A stretch of DNA of 64,000 nucleotides from Paraspadella gotoi (lineage: Eukaryota; Animalia; Chaetognatha). The stretch spans positions 17,602,087 through 17,666,086 of the forward strand of contig CM119266.1 of assembly GCA_051294375.1 (NCBI GenBank), read 5' to 3'. This document shows positions 1 to 14,403 of the stretch, one piece after another. The notes beneath the pieces were generated by a model, which was not told the DNA's origin, did no database searches, and was given only the letters and a program-made list of their open reading frames with translations. Position numbers and translations under genes: made by a program. Numbering within the stretch: position 1 is the stretch's first letter; every line of letters starts with the position of its first letter.

Positions 1-3000
1 GCCATTTTATGTCCGCGACCGATTTCGCTCGCTCATTTTTTGATATTTTTCGTCCTCAGTTTTTTTTTCCTTTTTTTTTTTATTCGCTTTGCTCTTTTTT
101 TTATGGTTTCTGTTTTCGTTTCCTTTATCTTAATCGTTCGTCTTTTTCAAAGTCGCGAGGTCTTTTTTGTGCTTTTTGCGTTTGGATTCCAATCGGCGTT
201 CCGAGGAGAAAATCTAATAAACAGAGATCAATAAGTCCATTAACATTTTAGATTTAAAAGCAATTTGTAAAATAAACTAAAAAAATAAGTAATAAGTGAT
301 GAGAGTTAAGAGAAATTAATATATTTCAACTTTCCAAAAAAAAGAAAATGAGTGAAAAAATTGTATGAGATGAATGATGAAGACATAAAATAAATAAAAA
401 AATTAAAAAAAATTAGGAAGTAATTAGAGCGAAAGAGCAGAAAACAAAGTGTGAAAGGGAAAAACGATGAAGCAGGAAATTGAGAGAAAAAAGGAGAAAA
501 AGGGAGAGCAAAAAAAGGAGCAAAAAGGAGAAGCAAAGTGAAAAGTCACAAAAATTAATGAATCACTGAGTTTTTTCCATTAAAAACGAAGACCTTCGAA
601 GTTTGAAGTTTGAAGAGAGGAGAAATTCTAGTGTTGGAAAAAGACTTCCACTCTCAAATATGTTATATTCATGAAATGTTCTTCACTTCTAAAATTGCCG
701 CCACAAAAGAATGCTCGTTCTCCAAACAATGTTCCTATATGAAAAATATTCTGCATCTCTTCAAGAAACGCTTCACTTTAAAAAAAATGTCTTCACTAAA
801 AAAAAAAATATTTTCAAAAACGGTCTCCGCTCTTAAAAATGTTTTCACTCTCTTAAGACATCGGCAAAAAACGCTTTGTCACTTATTTTACTTTTAAATT
901 TTTATGTTTTAATTGTTTATTCTGTTAGACATTTGTTTGCTTGTTATCAAAACGTTCCACCCGGGAAATGCAGAATATACTTTATAAAAAAAAAGAATTA
1001 AAGGTTTTGTAGGTAAACCATTGGTTTGATTTTCTTAGACCCTCAGGTGTTTGGAATCTTCCAAGTGTTTAACGGTTAATCAAACCCTCATTAATTGGTT
1101 ATCCACAATCTCCGCCTGAGGGTTTTTAAGGCGAAGAAAAGATAAGTGGGATGAGAAAGAAAAGAGAAAGATTAGGGAGGGAGAAAGAAAGAGAGGGAGA
1201 TTATAAAAGAAAAAAACAAAGACAAAAGAAGGAAAAATGTAGGAAGGGAAAAAGAAAGACAGAAAGTTGAGAAGAAATAGTGTGAAAGAATATGGAAAGA
1301 AAAAAAGAAAAAAAAGTGGCAGTCAGAAAATAAAGACTAATACAAAAGAGAAAAACGAAAAAAAAGGAAAATGAAAAGAAAAGAAGAAAAAAGAGAAAAG
1401 AAATAAACGGAGATAAAGAAAGACAGAAGAAGAAAAGAGAGAAGGAAGCGATAGAAAGATGGGGAAAAGGAGATAAATAAAGGAGAGAAAGAAAGCCAGT
1501 GAAACATGAAAAGAAATAAATATGAAAAAGAAAGTATAGGGAGAAAAAGAAAGAAAGGAAAGATGAGAGGAAGAAAAGACAAAATACGAGGGCAATGCAT
1601 ATAAAGAGAGATAAACCGCAGGGTAAATGGAGAGCAGAGAGTGTCCAAAGATTTTTTTTCTTCTCTCTCCCTCTCTTTCTTTTTCTCTTTCCTCTATCGT
1701 TTCTAAGGGAAAGTTTCATTTTTAGCATCCTCCAATGTGCAAAGATATAAAAACAATTAACATCCTGGAGGGACGGTGATATCCCGTATATTAATAGAGT
1801 TATACTAGGCAGAAGGGGTGGTTAAGGGGGGCTGTAAATGACCGCGCCCCACAGAACGATGAAAAGAAGGGCAATTATCAACCCGTTAAACCTTTTCAAT
1901 GATTTTTGAGAATATATGCGACCTCCCGCCGGGAGGAGAGAGAGAGAGAGAGAGAGAGAAGAAGAGAGAGAGAGAGAAGAGAAGAAGAGAGAGAGAGAGA
2001 GAGAAAAAAAATTAGCGGAAAAGTGGAGGGGATTATCTAATATTAAGCAATTTGTTTTTTAATTGTTTTATCTCAACCTGTATTGGAGTAAAATAAAAGT
2101 GAATTAATTTTGTTTATCCTTTTTTTATTTTATTTGTGTGTTTTGTTTCTTGTTTTGTCCGACCAGATTGTTATCTTTATCCAACTAGAAATTCAGGAAA
2201 TCCGATTTTGAATGACGAAATTTACAGCGAAGTTCGGATATTGCCAAATTCTGATAATCGAAGAAAAAATCCGTTGACGTTTGGTGTAAATTTAGTGGAA
2301 TTTCGGAAAAACGTTTGTTTCCGTTTCTCTGTCTGTCTTTCCTAGGAATTATTAAGGTTTTATTTCTTACTCTAAATATATAAGTTGCAAAAAAATATCG
2401 ATAAAATAGAACAGTACAAAACAACTAGGAAAATAACAATTGCAGTTTATATTTAACCAAGTTATAAAAGGTAACCAATCTGTGTATAAAAAATTTTCAA
2501 TATTATTTCTGTAGAGAGAATAACTTAAGAACCAATGAACAGGGGGGTAAAAAGCTGAAAACATAAACGTTTGACCTAATAAGGCTGGTTCTATCATATA
2601 ATTTTCTTTCTTACTATTCATTTGGGAATAGTTAAAAACGATAAAATTCAAAGCGAGCTTAATTTCTTAAAAAATCGGTAAGAAGAAATCTTTTCAGTTT
2701 AAAATTTTTTTTCCAAAAAAAGGTGATCTAATTTTAAAAAGATTTCTAGCTTTTATCCACAAAAAATTATATAAGAAAAAAACTAGAATGAATCAAAAGG
2801 TATCGACTGATTTTATTTAAACTTTCTTTTTAATGATATCTGTTAATTGGATGAAACATAACTCTTTAAAGTAATATAATAAAAAAAAAAAAAGATTCTG
2901 ACTTTTGCTAAATTTTTGATGTTATAATTAGGAAATTCATATAGTTTAATTATAACATTTAAGGATGAATATGAAATTAATAAATAATATAAGTTTTGTT

Positions 3001-3880
3001 TCTGAAGAATAGAATTAGGTTGATTTGTCTGCTTTAGTAAATATAAAAATATTAGTCTTGTAAAGCTTTGTTCAATGAGGCTTAAACCTAAAAATTATAG
3101 CTTTACAGTAAAAAATAAAAAATTGGAATTTAGTAAAATACTTTCTAATGCAATAAAATAAGATATATTAATATTTAGGGGTCACTAAATTTTTTTTTCA
3201 TATTATTAAATTTTTGTTTCGCTAAATAAGAGATAGAAATTTTTTTGCCACTTTCCCGTGCCAAAGAAAAATTAATGACTATCACTTATTCAAATTCCTT
3301 TGAGATAGACCCTTAAGCTTATGATTCATTTATCACTGGTCCCTTTAAGGACTTAACTTAGTTTAGTTAGTTTTGAATTAGTTTTGGAATTTCATCTACT
3401 TTTGAGAGCTTGTATTCAATCTTAGTACTTACTTCTTTACCCTCCTTATCTTTAACCCTTTTTTTATTTCGAACTTAAATATAATAAGAGATCAAAATTT
3501 TTACCAGTCCGGGTTTCGGTTAAACTCTATTTGTAAACTTAAAAGAGATAATTTTGTTAACGAAACTATGACACCAAAAAAAAATTCTCGCTTGAACTGT
3601 TACAATAAATGAGTTGTTTGTACTTGAAAATGTTTGTTTAAATGTATTTCAAAACGTTTATAAGTTTTAGTTTTTAGTTTTTCTCCACTCTTTCGTTTTT
3701 CTGACTCAAACCAACATTTTTTTTTTCGCCTTCAGAAATATATAATATTAATTTAAACTTAAAAAAAGTAAACTTTTTTCTTAATTTCAGCGAAAAAAAG
3801 AAGAAAAATTTAATTTAGCGAATCCAAGCGAATTAAACGCGTAAATGTTTAATTGAGCGACGGACTCGCTCTCTTCCCTC

Positions 3881-3920
<40 letters not shown>

Positions 3921-5360
3921 CTCGCTCTCTCTCTCTGCTCGCTCTCTCCTCTCTCTCTCTCTCTATCTANNNNNNNNNNNNNNNNNNNNNNNNNTCTCTC
4001 TCTCTCTTTCTGTCCCTCTCTCTCTCTCTCCCTCTCTCCACGCGTGGCGCGTCCCATAAAAGGGGAGAATCCACTCGACCGCATTTTCTCTCGATGACTC
4101 CATCTCTATCTTTTTTTTTCTTTCATAACCGATATATATACAGAAATCGTCGCTCCTAAGAGTTTCGACAATTTAATTATATTTTTTCAGGTTATTTAAT
4201 TTAATTATTATTTTAATTTGATTATTATCCTTTTGGTCTTTGCTCTACAAACGGCCAAAACGGTCACGCTCGACAGCGAAGAAAACGTTTTTTGACGATT
4301 TTTTTAAAAATTGTATTAAAAAGATTTTAAAACAAATTAAAAATCCTTTTTTCCCCAAAAAAAATTAAATTAAAAACCCTCGAACCAGCCTAATAAAGGA
4401 ATCCATTAAAGATACAGTCCACCTTAATAAAGTGTCTCCTGATTGAACTTTTCAATTTTTTTTTCCTTTTTCCGATATTAGACTAATGATTTGTAATGAT
4501 AAACTTTTCATTTTCTTTTATTTTCGGCGAGAAAAGTAATGGCTTTTTTTTTTTAAACTTTTTGGTTTTTTGAAGTTGAGTAGAAAAGAAGGAGGGAGAA
4601 AAATAAAAAAGTGAGAGAAAAAAGAAGATTAAAAATGATCCGGTAGGAAATGGAGAGAAAAAATGAGAGACAGAAAAGAGGAGGAAAAAGATAGGAGGAA
4701 AGAGAAGAGGGTTGAGTAAAGCAGAAAATGACAAGAAAATGATAGTAAAAAGAACAAAAAGAAAAGAATAGACAGGAAAAGAAAAGAAAGTTAGGATAAA
4801 AAGAAAAGAAGCGAAAAAAGCAAAAGAAACGAAAAGAAAAGAAAAGAGAGGAGAAAAGAAGAGAAGAGAAGAGAAGAGAAGAGAAGAGAAGAGAAAAGTA
4901 AAGAAAAAAGAAAAGAAAAGAAAAGAAAAGAAAAGCTTGTGAAAAGAAGAAGAGAAGAGAAGAGAAAAGTAAAGGAAAAAGAAAAAAAGAAAAGAAAAGA
5001 AAAAGAAAAGAAAAGAAAAAGAAAAGAAAAGAAAAGCTTGTGAAAAGTTAAAACAAACAATATAAACCAATGAGCCTAAGGAAGGAAAGAATTGAAAATA
5101 AAGACTGAAAAGTTAAAATTTAATTATGAAATCTTAAAAATGAACTTAAAGATAAAAAGAAATGATGTAACGATCAGTAATATTGTTTTTGTCAAATTTA
5201 AAAGAATAAAAATTTAAAAAATCGACGGATCGAGATTCGGCCTTTTTATCCAATAGCTTATATTTGAAATTAAGTTTTTTCAGGTTATAAAGTTTAGATT
5301 AAAAAATTGGATAAAGGTTATGAATTAGTTTATGAATTAGGATTAGGAATTCGGTTAAAT

Positions 5361-5641
5361 ATAAATTTAGGGAATTAAGTTAGGAAATTAGAATTTATGG
5401 ACAGGAAATAAGGTTAAGGGTAAGTTTCAGAGGTTAGGGTTAAATATTAAAGATTAAAATTAAAGAATAGGTTAGGGTTAAAGTTATTGAAAAAGATTAT
5501 GGTTAAAATTAAATTCAAGAATTACGAACAGAAATGGGGCGCTTTTAGAAAATAGTGCCCGAATGAGGCTGAAAAAGTCGATGTGAAGTTGAGAATAACT
5601 TTTAAGTAAGTAATGATTAAAAAGAAACGAGGTGAAAAAAA

Positions 5642-5718
<77 letters not shown>

Positions 5719-7175
5719 GGAGCTGATGAGTTTTGCCAAACCGATTTTGAGGGTAAGTTTAAATCGAGGAAAGTTTCTTTGGCTGAGAAAATNNNNNNNN
5801 NNNNNNNNNNNNNNNNNNNNNNNNNNNNNNNNNNNNNNNNNNNNNNNNNNNNNNNNNNNNNNNNNNNNNNNNNNNNNNNNNNNNNNNNNNNNNNNNNNNN
5901 NNNNNNNNNNNNNNNNNNNNNNNNNNNNNNNNNNNNNNNNNNNNNNNNNNNNNNNNNNNNNNNNNNNNNNNNNNNNNNNNNNNNNNNNNNNNNNNNNNNN
6001 NNNNNNNNNNNNNNNNNNNNNNNNNNNNAGAGAGAGAGAGAAAGAAAGACGCTTAGGACATAGTAGCACCTGGTTATTATTTCTCAACAAGTTTTTTTTC
6101 TCGGCCGAGAAAGATTGAAACAGAGAGACACAGAGAGACAGAGAGAAACAGATAGAGAAAAAGAGAGTGAGAGAGAATCTTTAAATCAGGTTTGATTTTT
6201 CGCAGATTTTTTTTTCCAAGAGAAAAAAAANNNNNNNNNNNNNNNNNNNNNNNNNNNNNNNNNNNNNNNNNNNNNNNNNNNNNNNNNNNNNNNNNNNNNN
6301 NNNNNNNNNNNNNNNNNNNNNNNNNNNNNNNNNNNNNNNNNNNNNNNNNNNNNNNNNNNNNNNNNNNNNNNNNNNNNNNNNNNNNNNNNNNNNNNNNNNN
6401 NNNNNNNNNNNNNNNGAGAGAGAGAGAGAGAGAGAGAGAGAGAGCAGAATCAGAACAAAAGAAGTGAAAAAATCGAACAAAGAATAATGAAGTTAGAAGA
6501 CAGACTCACAAACAGCAAAACAGGCCCGTCAGACAGACAAATATTCAAAAAGACAGACTGTGACAGATAGACAGAAATTCAGCAACCTTCCGTTATGCGT
6601 CTAGTTTGTTATTTTTAGTGTGAATATGAAATTAAACAAAAGGATACATATATATATACCAAAGGCGTGAAAATCAAATTAACCATGAAACTATAAACAA
6701 ACAATAAATCATAAAAATATAATGAATCTTTTTTTGAAAAAAAAAGAAACCAAAAAAATTCTGATTTTGTTTTGACGCAAACGTTTTTCGTCGTCGCGCG
6801 CTCCGCCCATTGGGATCGAGACAGCGGGGGAGTCAGAGAGAGAGAGAGAGAGCCCCATAAATTTTAGGGAATTAAGGTTTTAGAAATTAGAATTTATGGA
6901 CAGGAAATAAGGTTATAAGGTAAGTTCAAGAGGTTAGGGGGTTAAATTATTAAAGATTAAAATTAAAGGAATAGGTAATAGGGTTAAAGTTAAATTGAAA
7001 AGATTATGGTTAATTAAAATTAAATTCAAGAATTAGAACAGAAATTGTGGGCGCTTTGTAGAAAATTAGTGTCCCGAATTGAGTTGCTGAAAAAGTCGAT
7101 GTGAAGTTGGAAAATAACTTTTTAAGGTAAGTAATGATTAAAAAGAAACGAGGTGAAAAAAAAGCGGCGGCGCAG

Positions 7176-7206
<31 letters not shown>

Positions 7207-7409
7207 CGGCGGGCGGCGGCGGCGCGCGGCAGGCGAGCCTGAATGAGTTTGCCAAACCGATTTTGAGGGGTAAGTTTAAATCGAGGAAAGTTTCTTTGGC
7301 TGAGAAAAATTCATTCGTTTCTAAATTTTTTTTCTTTTTTTAAAAAAATTTTCATTTGGGAAAAAGTAAAAAAACGGGTTTCGGAAAGAGAGAGAGAGAG
7401 AGACGAACG

Positions 7410-7454
<45 letters not shown>

Positions 7455-7823
7455 CGAAGGAGAGAGAAGAGAGAGATGAGGAGAGAGAGAGAGAGAGAAA
7501 GAAAGACGCTTAGGACATAGTAGGCACCTGGTTATTATTTCTTCAACAAGTTTTTTTTTTCTCGGCCCGAGAAAGATTGAACAGAGAGACACAGAGAGAC
7601 AGAGAGAAACAGATAGAGAAAAAAGAGCGTGAGAGAGAATCTTTTAAATCAGGTTTGATTTTTCGCAGATTTTTTTTTCCAAGAGGGAAAAAAAAAAACT
7701 TGTTAATGATTGTCATTAAAAGAAGAGAAAAAAAGGAGGGAAAATGAGCGCATCATGAAGAGAGAGAGAGAGAGAGAGAGAAGAGAGAGAGGAGAGAGAG
7801 AGACGAGAGAGAGGTAGGAGATT

Positions 7824-7863
<40 letters not shown>

Positions 7864-8400
7864 AGGAGAGAGAGACGAGAGAGAGAGAGAGAGAGAGGAG
7901 CAGAATCAGAACAAAAGAAGTGAAAAATCGAACAAAAGGAATTAATGAAGTTAGAATACAGACTTCACAAACAGCAAAAAACAGCCCGGTCAGACAGGAC
8001 AAATATTCAAAAAGACAGGGACTGTTGACAGATAGACAGGAAATTCAGCAACCTTCCGTTATGCGTCTAGTTTGTTATTTTTAGTGTGTATATTATGAGG
8101 ATTAAAGCCAAAGAGGACTGACATTATAATATATATCCAAAGGCTAGTTTGAAATATCAATAATTAAGCTTCTCCTCATGAAACTATAAACAACATCTAA
8201 TGCAATATCATAAAAATGATGAATTAATCTTTTTTTTGAAAAAAAAGAAGAAACTCGAATGAAAATTCTGATTTGTTTTGACTGGCAGAACGTTTTTCGT
8301 CGTCGCGCGCGCTGTTGGATGTCCGTTGCTCCAATTGGGGATCGAGACAGCGGCGAGTCATGAAGAGGAGAAGACAGGAGAGAGAGAGAGAGAGAGAGAG
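5361..8400 (+). repeat. About 1.5 kb direct tandem duplication (5361-6852 and 6857-about 8400); second copy is insertion-rich
   Basis: Same order of landmarks (GGC tract, gagggtaagt, ttcagcaaccttccgttatgcg). The second copy supplies sequence where the first has N runs and ends near a 25-N gap. Confidence 0.9.
5642..5716 (+). repeat. (GGC)n trinucleotide tract, about 25 units with one GGT interruption
   Basis: Direct reading. Confidence 0.95.
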
Positions 8401-9120
8401 ATGAGAGGAGAGAGAAGAGAGAGGAGATGAGGGAGAGAGATGACGTAGATGAGAGAGGACGCGTCGCTANNNNNNNNNNNNNNNNNNNNNNNNNTTACTT
8501 TTTTTTTTTGATCATGCGAATCGACAAAGAGGGATTTCTGTCAACGGCCATTAATGACTCCGGGCTAAAGAGATAATCCAACTTGATCAAAAATTAATGG
8601 AAGTTAGTTTATAATTAACGTTAAGCTAATTAGATTTAAATTAATTAAACTAATTATAATTAACGTTAAGCTAATTTAAATATTTTTGAAAATCTTTAAG
8701 ACGTAAGGTCGCTTCCGTTCGAAGGATGGAAGACGATTCCGTAAACAACATCAATTACAACATCAAGGACATAACATAAAGTGACGCGGGGACGACGAAG
8801 ACGAGAAAGATGACGACGACGACGACGACGACGACGACGATCACGACGAAGATAATAACGAGAACGATGACGACTATAATGACTGCGACGACGACGACGA
8901 CGACGACGAAATTTCCATAAATTCATCTTTTCGCTTCGTTTGTTTCTCGATTTCACTTCCGGTTTTTTTTTTTTTTTTTTTTTTCTTCTTTTTTTTCTTT
9001 TCGTGGACTTTCAGTTTTGCCGCGAGTAATTTCGGAGGAACTCTCAACTCTATATGTCACTTTTCGGTCTGTCGGTCGGTTGGTGGTCTGTTAATCTATC
9101 CTAATTAGTAGTTAGTACTT

Positions 9121-9213
9121 ATGAAATTGGTACATTATAAAAATTATCCATTCATTTAATAAATAAGCTATCTTGTCCCTGCACAGGCTTTGGTGGTTTA
9201 AGGCCTCCATCAC
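9121..9213 (-). repeat. Copy of the 100-bp dispersed repeat, inverted
   Basis: Reverse complement aligns to 46288-46389. Confidence 0.8.
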
Positions 9214-9969
9214 TCTTATGTTTTAAATACATACTTTGGATAATTGTACATCAATTAAGTTGATATTTGGTAGAAAGTTATGGTACCGACCTTTAATGTG
9301 AGTGAATATGTATCATAATTTCAAGTCAGGTGATCACTGAAATAAAAGGTCAGAATTTGTTAAGCACTTGCACTTACATGTAAACTGTATACTATACAGT
9401 GTATACTATACAGTGTATAGTATAGTATTGTATTGTATAGTCATGTAACTACAGAAAACTATGGTCACTAAATCAGAAAGTAAATGCAGCAAATTTTATA
9501 TAATTTTAATGGTTTTACCTAATATTTAAAGCGGAAATAAAAATCTATGAGGTGCTTTCTCAAAAGACAGTAATTGCGCCTTAAACTTTTCTGTTTTTGT
9601 TTCATTTTTTAAGGATAAATATGAACTTTTGAGAGCAGGTCGAGTTAAAACTGATTAGGTTTAAGGCAAAGATTTGTTAAGAATATAAAGATAGCTTGAA
9701 TGAAACATATATTTAGATCGACTTTTTTTTAAATAATAGAAAACTTACAAAAACGAATTATATATTATTTTAAGGGCAAAGACGCTTCTAGAAAATATGT
9801 TTCTCGCATTAATAAAGGCAAACTGTTTAAGGCAAAGATTCCAACCGGTTATCTTATTAAGGGCAAAGATCTCGATCATTAAGGGCAGAGAAAAGTGTAG
9901 AGGCGAAGAGAGGCTTCCACTCGAAAAGGGGTTGAAGCGGAGAGAGAGAGAGGGAGAAAGAGAGCGAGA

Positions 9970-10006
<37 letters not shown>

Positions 10007-10294
10007 ATCTTCGAGGAGGTCGAACTTACCTTTTAAGCAAAGGAGGTCATTTTTCATTCTCAGGACTTTCCCCGAGTTTTTTTCTAGCTTCAGGTTAAAT
10101 TTAGGCCGAAACCATTTTTTCTCGAACTTCCGATTAAAAGAAAAGCTTTTTTTTGGAAGCTTATTAGTTTGGATTGCAAAAGCTTTTTGGAGGCTTATGA
10201 ATTGCGAACGGGGGGGCAGCTTTGTGAGCTCATTAGTTTGAATCAGAATAAGAATACTACAAAGAACAATATGTAGTTTTCTGTTGGAGTTTGC

Positions 10295-10383
10295 TTAGGT
10301 TTAGATTTAGGTTTAGGTTTAGGTTTAGGTTTAGGTTTAGGTTTAGGTTTAGGTTTAGGTTTAGGTTTGGGTTTAGGTTTTAG
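10295..10383 (+). repeat. (TTTAGG)n telomere-like hexamer tract, about 14 units
   Basis: Direct reading. Confidence 0.9.
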
Positions 10384-10445
10384 TAAAACGTTTACCTATT
10401 ACTATTAATTAGTATTAGTATTAGTATTAGGCGGATAGGCACACC

Positions 10446-10583
10446 TTTTTTATAACTACTACGTCTAAATAATGCTTAATAAATTATGTATTAATATCCT
10501 AAATAGGTGCAGATTTTTTTAACTACTACGTCTAAATTAGGCTTAATAAATTATGTAGTATTATCCTAAATGGTGGAGATTTT
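10446..10583 (+). repeat. Two-copy about 68-bp tandem repeat
   Basis: taactactacgtctaaat...gcttaataaattatgta...tatcctaaat occurs twice. Confidence 0.8.
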
Positions 10584-11257
10584 CAAAGTTTTTTTTCTGA
10601 AATGTACTTCAATATATTTGATTGCCTTCTGCTGAGATGGAGAAAAGGAACAACGACGAAAACGAGAACAGTACAGCGATGAGGTTAGAAGGAAAACATT
10701 GATTGTTTACATTAGAGACAGTGACGGTTACATTAGTGACGACGAAGACAATGACGACGACGACGACGACGACGACGACAGCGGCGACAACAAAAAATAC
10801 GACGACCTCAAGTCTGATTGTTTTGACCTTTTGTTCTTTCGATTCGTTTCACCGAATAACAAATTCGTGTTCGATCAATTTTCTATTTAGCGAAGCTTTT
10901 TTTTCCGAGTTTAGCAAACATATTCCATTTATAACGAATTCGGTTTCCAGTTGGTAAACGAAATTTATTTATTTGTTGTAGTTTTATATATCCTTTTTTT
11001 GTATTTTTTATTTTATTTGAAAATTGTATAAGTTTTCGTCATAAATTATTAAAAAGGTCGATGACACTTTTACGTCTGGAAAATAAAATAGAAAGACGAA
11101 AAGATGTAGTGCTTACTGGAACGAAAAAAATCCTTTTGTAATTGTAATATTTTGTTTCTGTTTGTTAAATAGTTTCGGTTATTTTTGATCTGTGACGGCA
11201 AAAACTTTTTCATATTTTTTTTAATAAAAGAAAGGAATGTAAAATAATTAACGATGA

Positions 11258-11714
11258 AAAAAAAAGAAAATTAATTCATCAATATTTTTTACAAATAATA
11301 TTAAATGAATGGATAATTGATATATTGGTTGAACCAATTTCATTAAAAGAAAAAACATAATAGGAAGGAAATACGAAAGAATAATAACAAAAGATAAGAT
11401 AAAAAAAAGATAAAAGAAAGAAATGAATTAGTAAACACAATAAAAAAATAAAATATAAAAAAACAAAACAGAAAAACTAATGAAAAGAAACAAAAAAAAG
11501 GTAAAATATAAAAAAAGAAAAAAGAAAAACTAATAAAAAAGAAAAAAAACTAAGAAGAAACTAAGAAAAAAAAAGACAAACAAGAAAATCTCAACAAAAC
11601 AAATTTTTTTTAAAAAAAATACGGAAGTCAAAACGAATAATAAAAAAAATATGAAAGAAAAAAAAATGAAATAAAAGAAATCGAACTCAATCAAAACTAA
11701 GCTCACGACCTCGT

Positions 11715-11792
<78 letters not shown>

Positions 11793-13681
11793 GAGAGAGG
11801 TCCCAAGGTCTTTGCACCGCGATGTCTCTCATCTTCTAAATCTCGCAAATATTTGATCCCAAAAAAAAAAAGACTGAAAAGGAGAAAACGGGAGAAGAAG
11901 AAGAAGACTGGGGTTCGTGAGGAAGAGGAGGGGGGGAAGAGGAGGAGGAGGAGATGAGAAGACGAAAGCGTGAAGAGCAACAACGACAACAACAACGACT
12001 AAAACGATATCAACTTCGCAAACACAACACTCACGGACAGACGGGAACGACGACCAGAACTGAAACAACAACAACAACAACAGAAATCTGATGAAAACCT
12101 TGGAAACGACGACGACGACGACGACCACGAAAACAAGAACAACAACAAAAACAACGACAATAAAGACGAGCGCCACGAAAAACAACAACACCGAAAAACT
12201 GTCTAAGAGCACCATGAAAACGACAACAACAACGACGACGACCTATATCGCCCGACCAAACCGTTTCCCGATCCAATATCGTTTTTGACGTCCGATAGTT
12301 TATGTGACTTTTTCACGCCGTTGATTGAAAACACAATTTCCTTCCTTTTTTTTTCTGTATCTACATTTTTTTTTTGGGTTGGGAAGGAAATGTTTCGATT
12401 TTTTGGTCGGTCTGTCTGTTGGGCGCGTTTCATGGGTCGGTGATTATTCGGTGTTTGGAAACTTTTCAAAGTTAGCGGAGAATAATTTTTATCTTGAATG
12501 TACTATTTTCAAAATATGTTTTTGTTAGGTAGTGGTATTTTTTTATTATAATTGCGACAGTTGGTGAAAGCATTATATCACTTCATTGATAGGAAAATCA
12601 GGTAAATTTTGGAGTTAATTGACGAGTTTCGTGACGATAGTCTTTAATAGACAAGCTTACAGGGTCCTGAATTAATAAATTTTTATTGGTAGTATCAATA
12701 TTTTATTAAACGGTATAATTTTTCTAATGAAAACGTCAGATGTCACTGCCAAAAAATTTAAAAATATTAACTTTATTTATGTAAGAACTTTAAATATATA
12801 TTTTCTTAGGCGCGACTTTTTAAAACACTGAGTTCTTTTTTTTTTGGTAATGGCAGATATAACTAAAAATAATTGTAAAATAATTTTACTCAGTATACAA
12901 TTCTATTTGGTAAAAAAATCACAAATAATTAAACATTTCTTGGTTAAAAATCTAATCCGTTAAAAAAGAGTAAAGATTTAAAAAAAGAAAAAAGAAAGCG
13001 AATACTAAATACATTAGACATTCTTAAAGCCTCGCAAGAGGCGAGCGCTTTTTCATTAAGTTAAACTCAATCCCGTTAATGGATTTTTCAAAGGTTAAAA
13101 GTTACGCCGATTTAGGCAACAGTTTTTTTTCTTCTTTGATGTAGTTGTCTTCTTTTTTGACATTATCTTTCGTATTTCTTGTTTTTTCTTTTCTATTTCT
13201 TCATTTTATGTTCTTTTTTTTCTTCTTTGCTTTTCTATTTGTTTTATTTATGTTCTTTTTTCTCTTTATTTTCTATTTGTTTTATTTTATTTTCTTTTCT
13301 CTTTCTTTTCTATTTCTTTTATTTTATGTTCTTTTCTTTTCTCTTCTTTTCTATTTTGTTTTATTTTTATATTCTTTTCTTTTTCTTTTGATTTCTTTTT
13401 AATTTTGTTTCTTTTCTGCTTTTTTTATTTATTTTTATTTTGTTCTTTTCTGTTTCTTTTCTATCATGTAGTATTTCATTTTTATATACATTCACTTTTT
13501 TATATTTGGTTTTTCTTCTTTAATTTGCTACTAAAAAATTTTATCGGTAATAGGATTGTCCTTTGATCATTAGGTCCTCAAGTCGTCGTCGTCGGAAACT
13601 CAGGTTCAATTTTTTTTTTTTCAAAATAAAACACAACAGAAAAGTGAATCAAAAGGAGAAAGAATTCTGGGAGGGACTCTT

Positions 13682-13720
<39 letters not shown>

Positions 13721-14028
13721 CTCTCTGCTCTGCTCTGCTCTCGTCCGACTGGATCGGAAAAAGGAAATAGTCTGATTCTAAACTTCCCCGAAATCGTGAT
13801 TCTTAATTTTGGGGCGAGGGAGATGAAGAGGAGGAGGAGAGGAAGAGGAGAAGAGCGATCTAAAAGATATTGAAATGTTCAGATTGTTTAAAACCAGTGA
13901 CTAATAAATAGGATGGATCTTGGTGATAGTAGAATGTGAAATTCTTTACTTTTTTTTTCTTTCACATTATTTGTCTCTTTCTTTATTTCTTTCTTCCTAT
14001 TTTTAATTTAGGAGATTTTTAACGCTTC

Positions 14029-14059
<31 letters not shown>

Positions 14060-14326
14060 TCTCTCTCTCTCTCTGGAGATCGTTCTAGGATTTCTATGTG
14101 CTGTTGTCATCAATCTGTCTCTCCGTCTATCTTCTTTTTTCTCTCTCCCTCCGTTTTTATTTCCCTCTCTCTCCTCATTCCCTCTCTATCACTTCCTCCT
14201 CTCTCTCTCTCTGTCTCTCTGTCTCTCCCTCTCTTCTTCCCCTCCCTTTAATTTCTCCTGATTAAAATTCCGGATGATAGAATTCCTGGATGACGGGTTC
14301 ACAACAGGTTGGCACGCCTCTTTGAG

Positions 14327-14403
<77 letters not shown>

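Noticed and set aside
5724-5750. CTGATGA followed by a GTTT/AAAC stem, possible hammerhead
   Set aside because: Followed by CGAT instead of GAAA, with no stem III or stem I
6857-8400. Diverged paralog of 5361-6852
   Set aside because: Differences are mostly scattered single-base insertions typical of an unpolished long read
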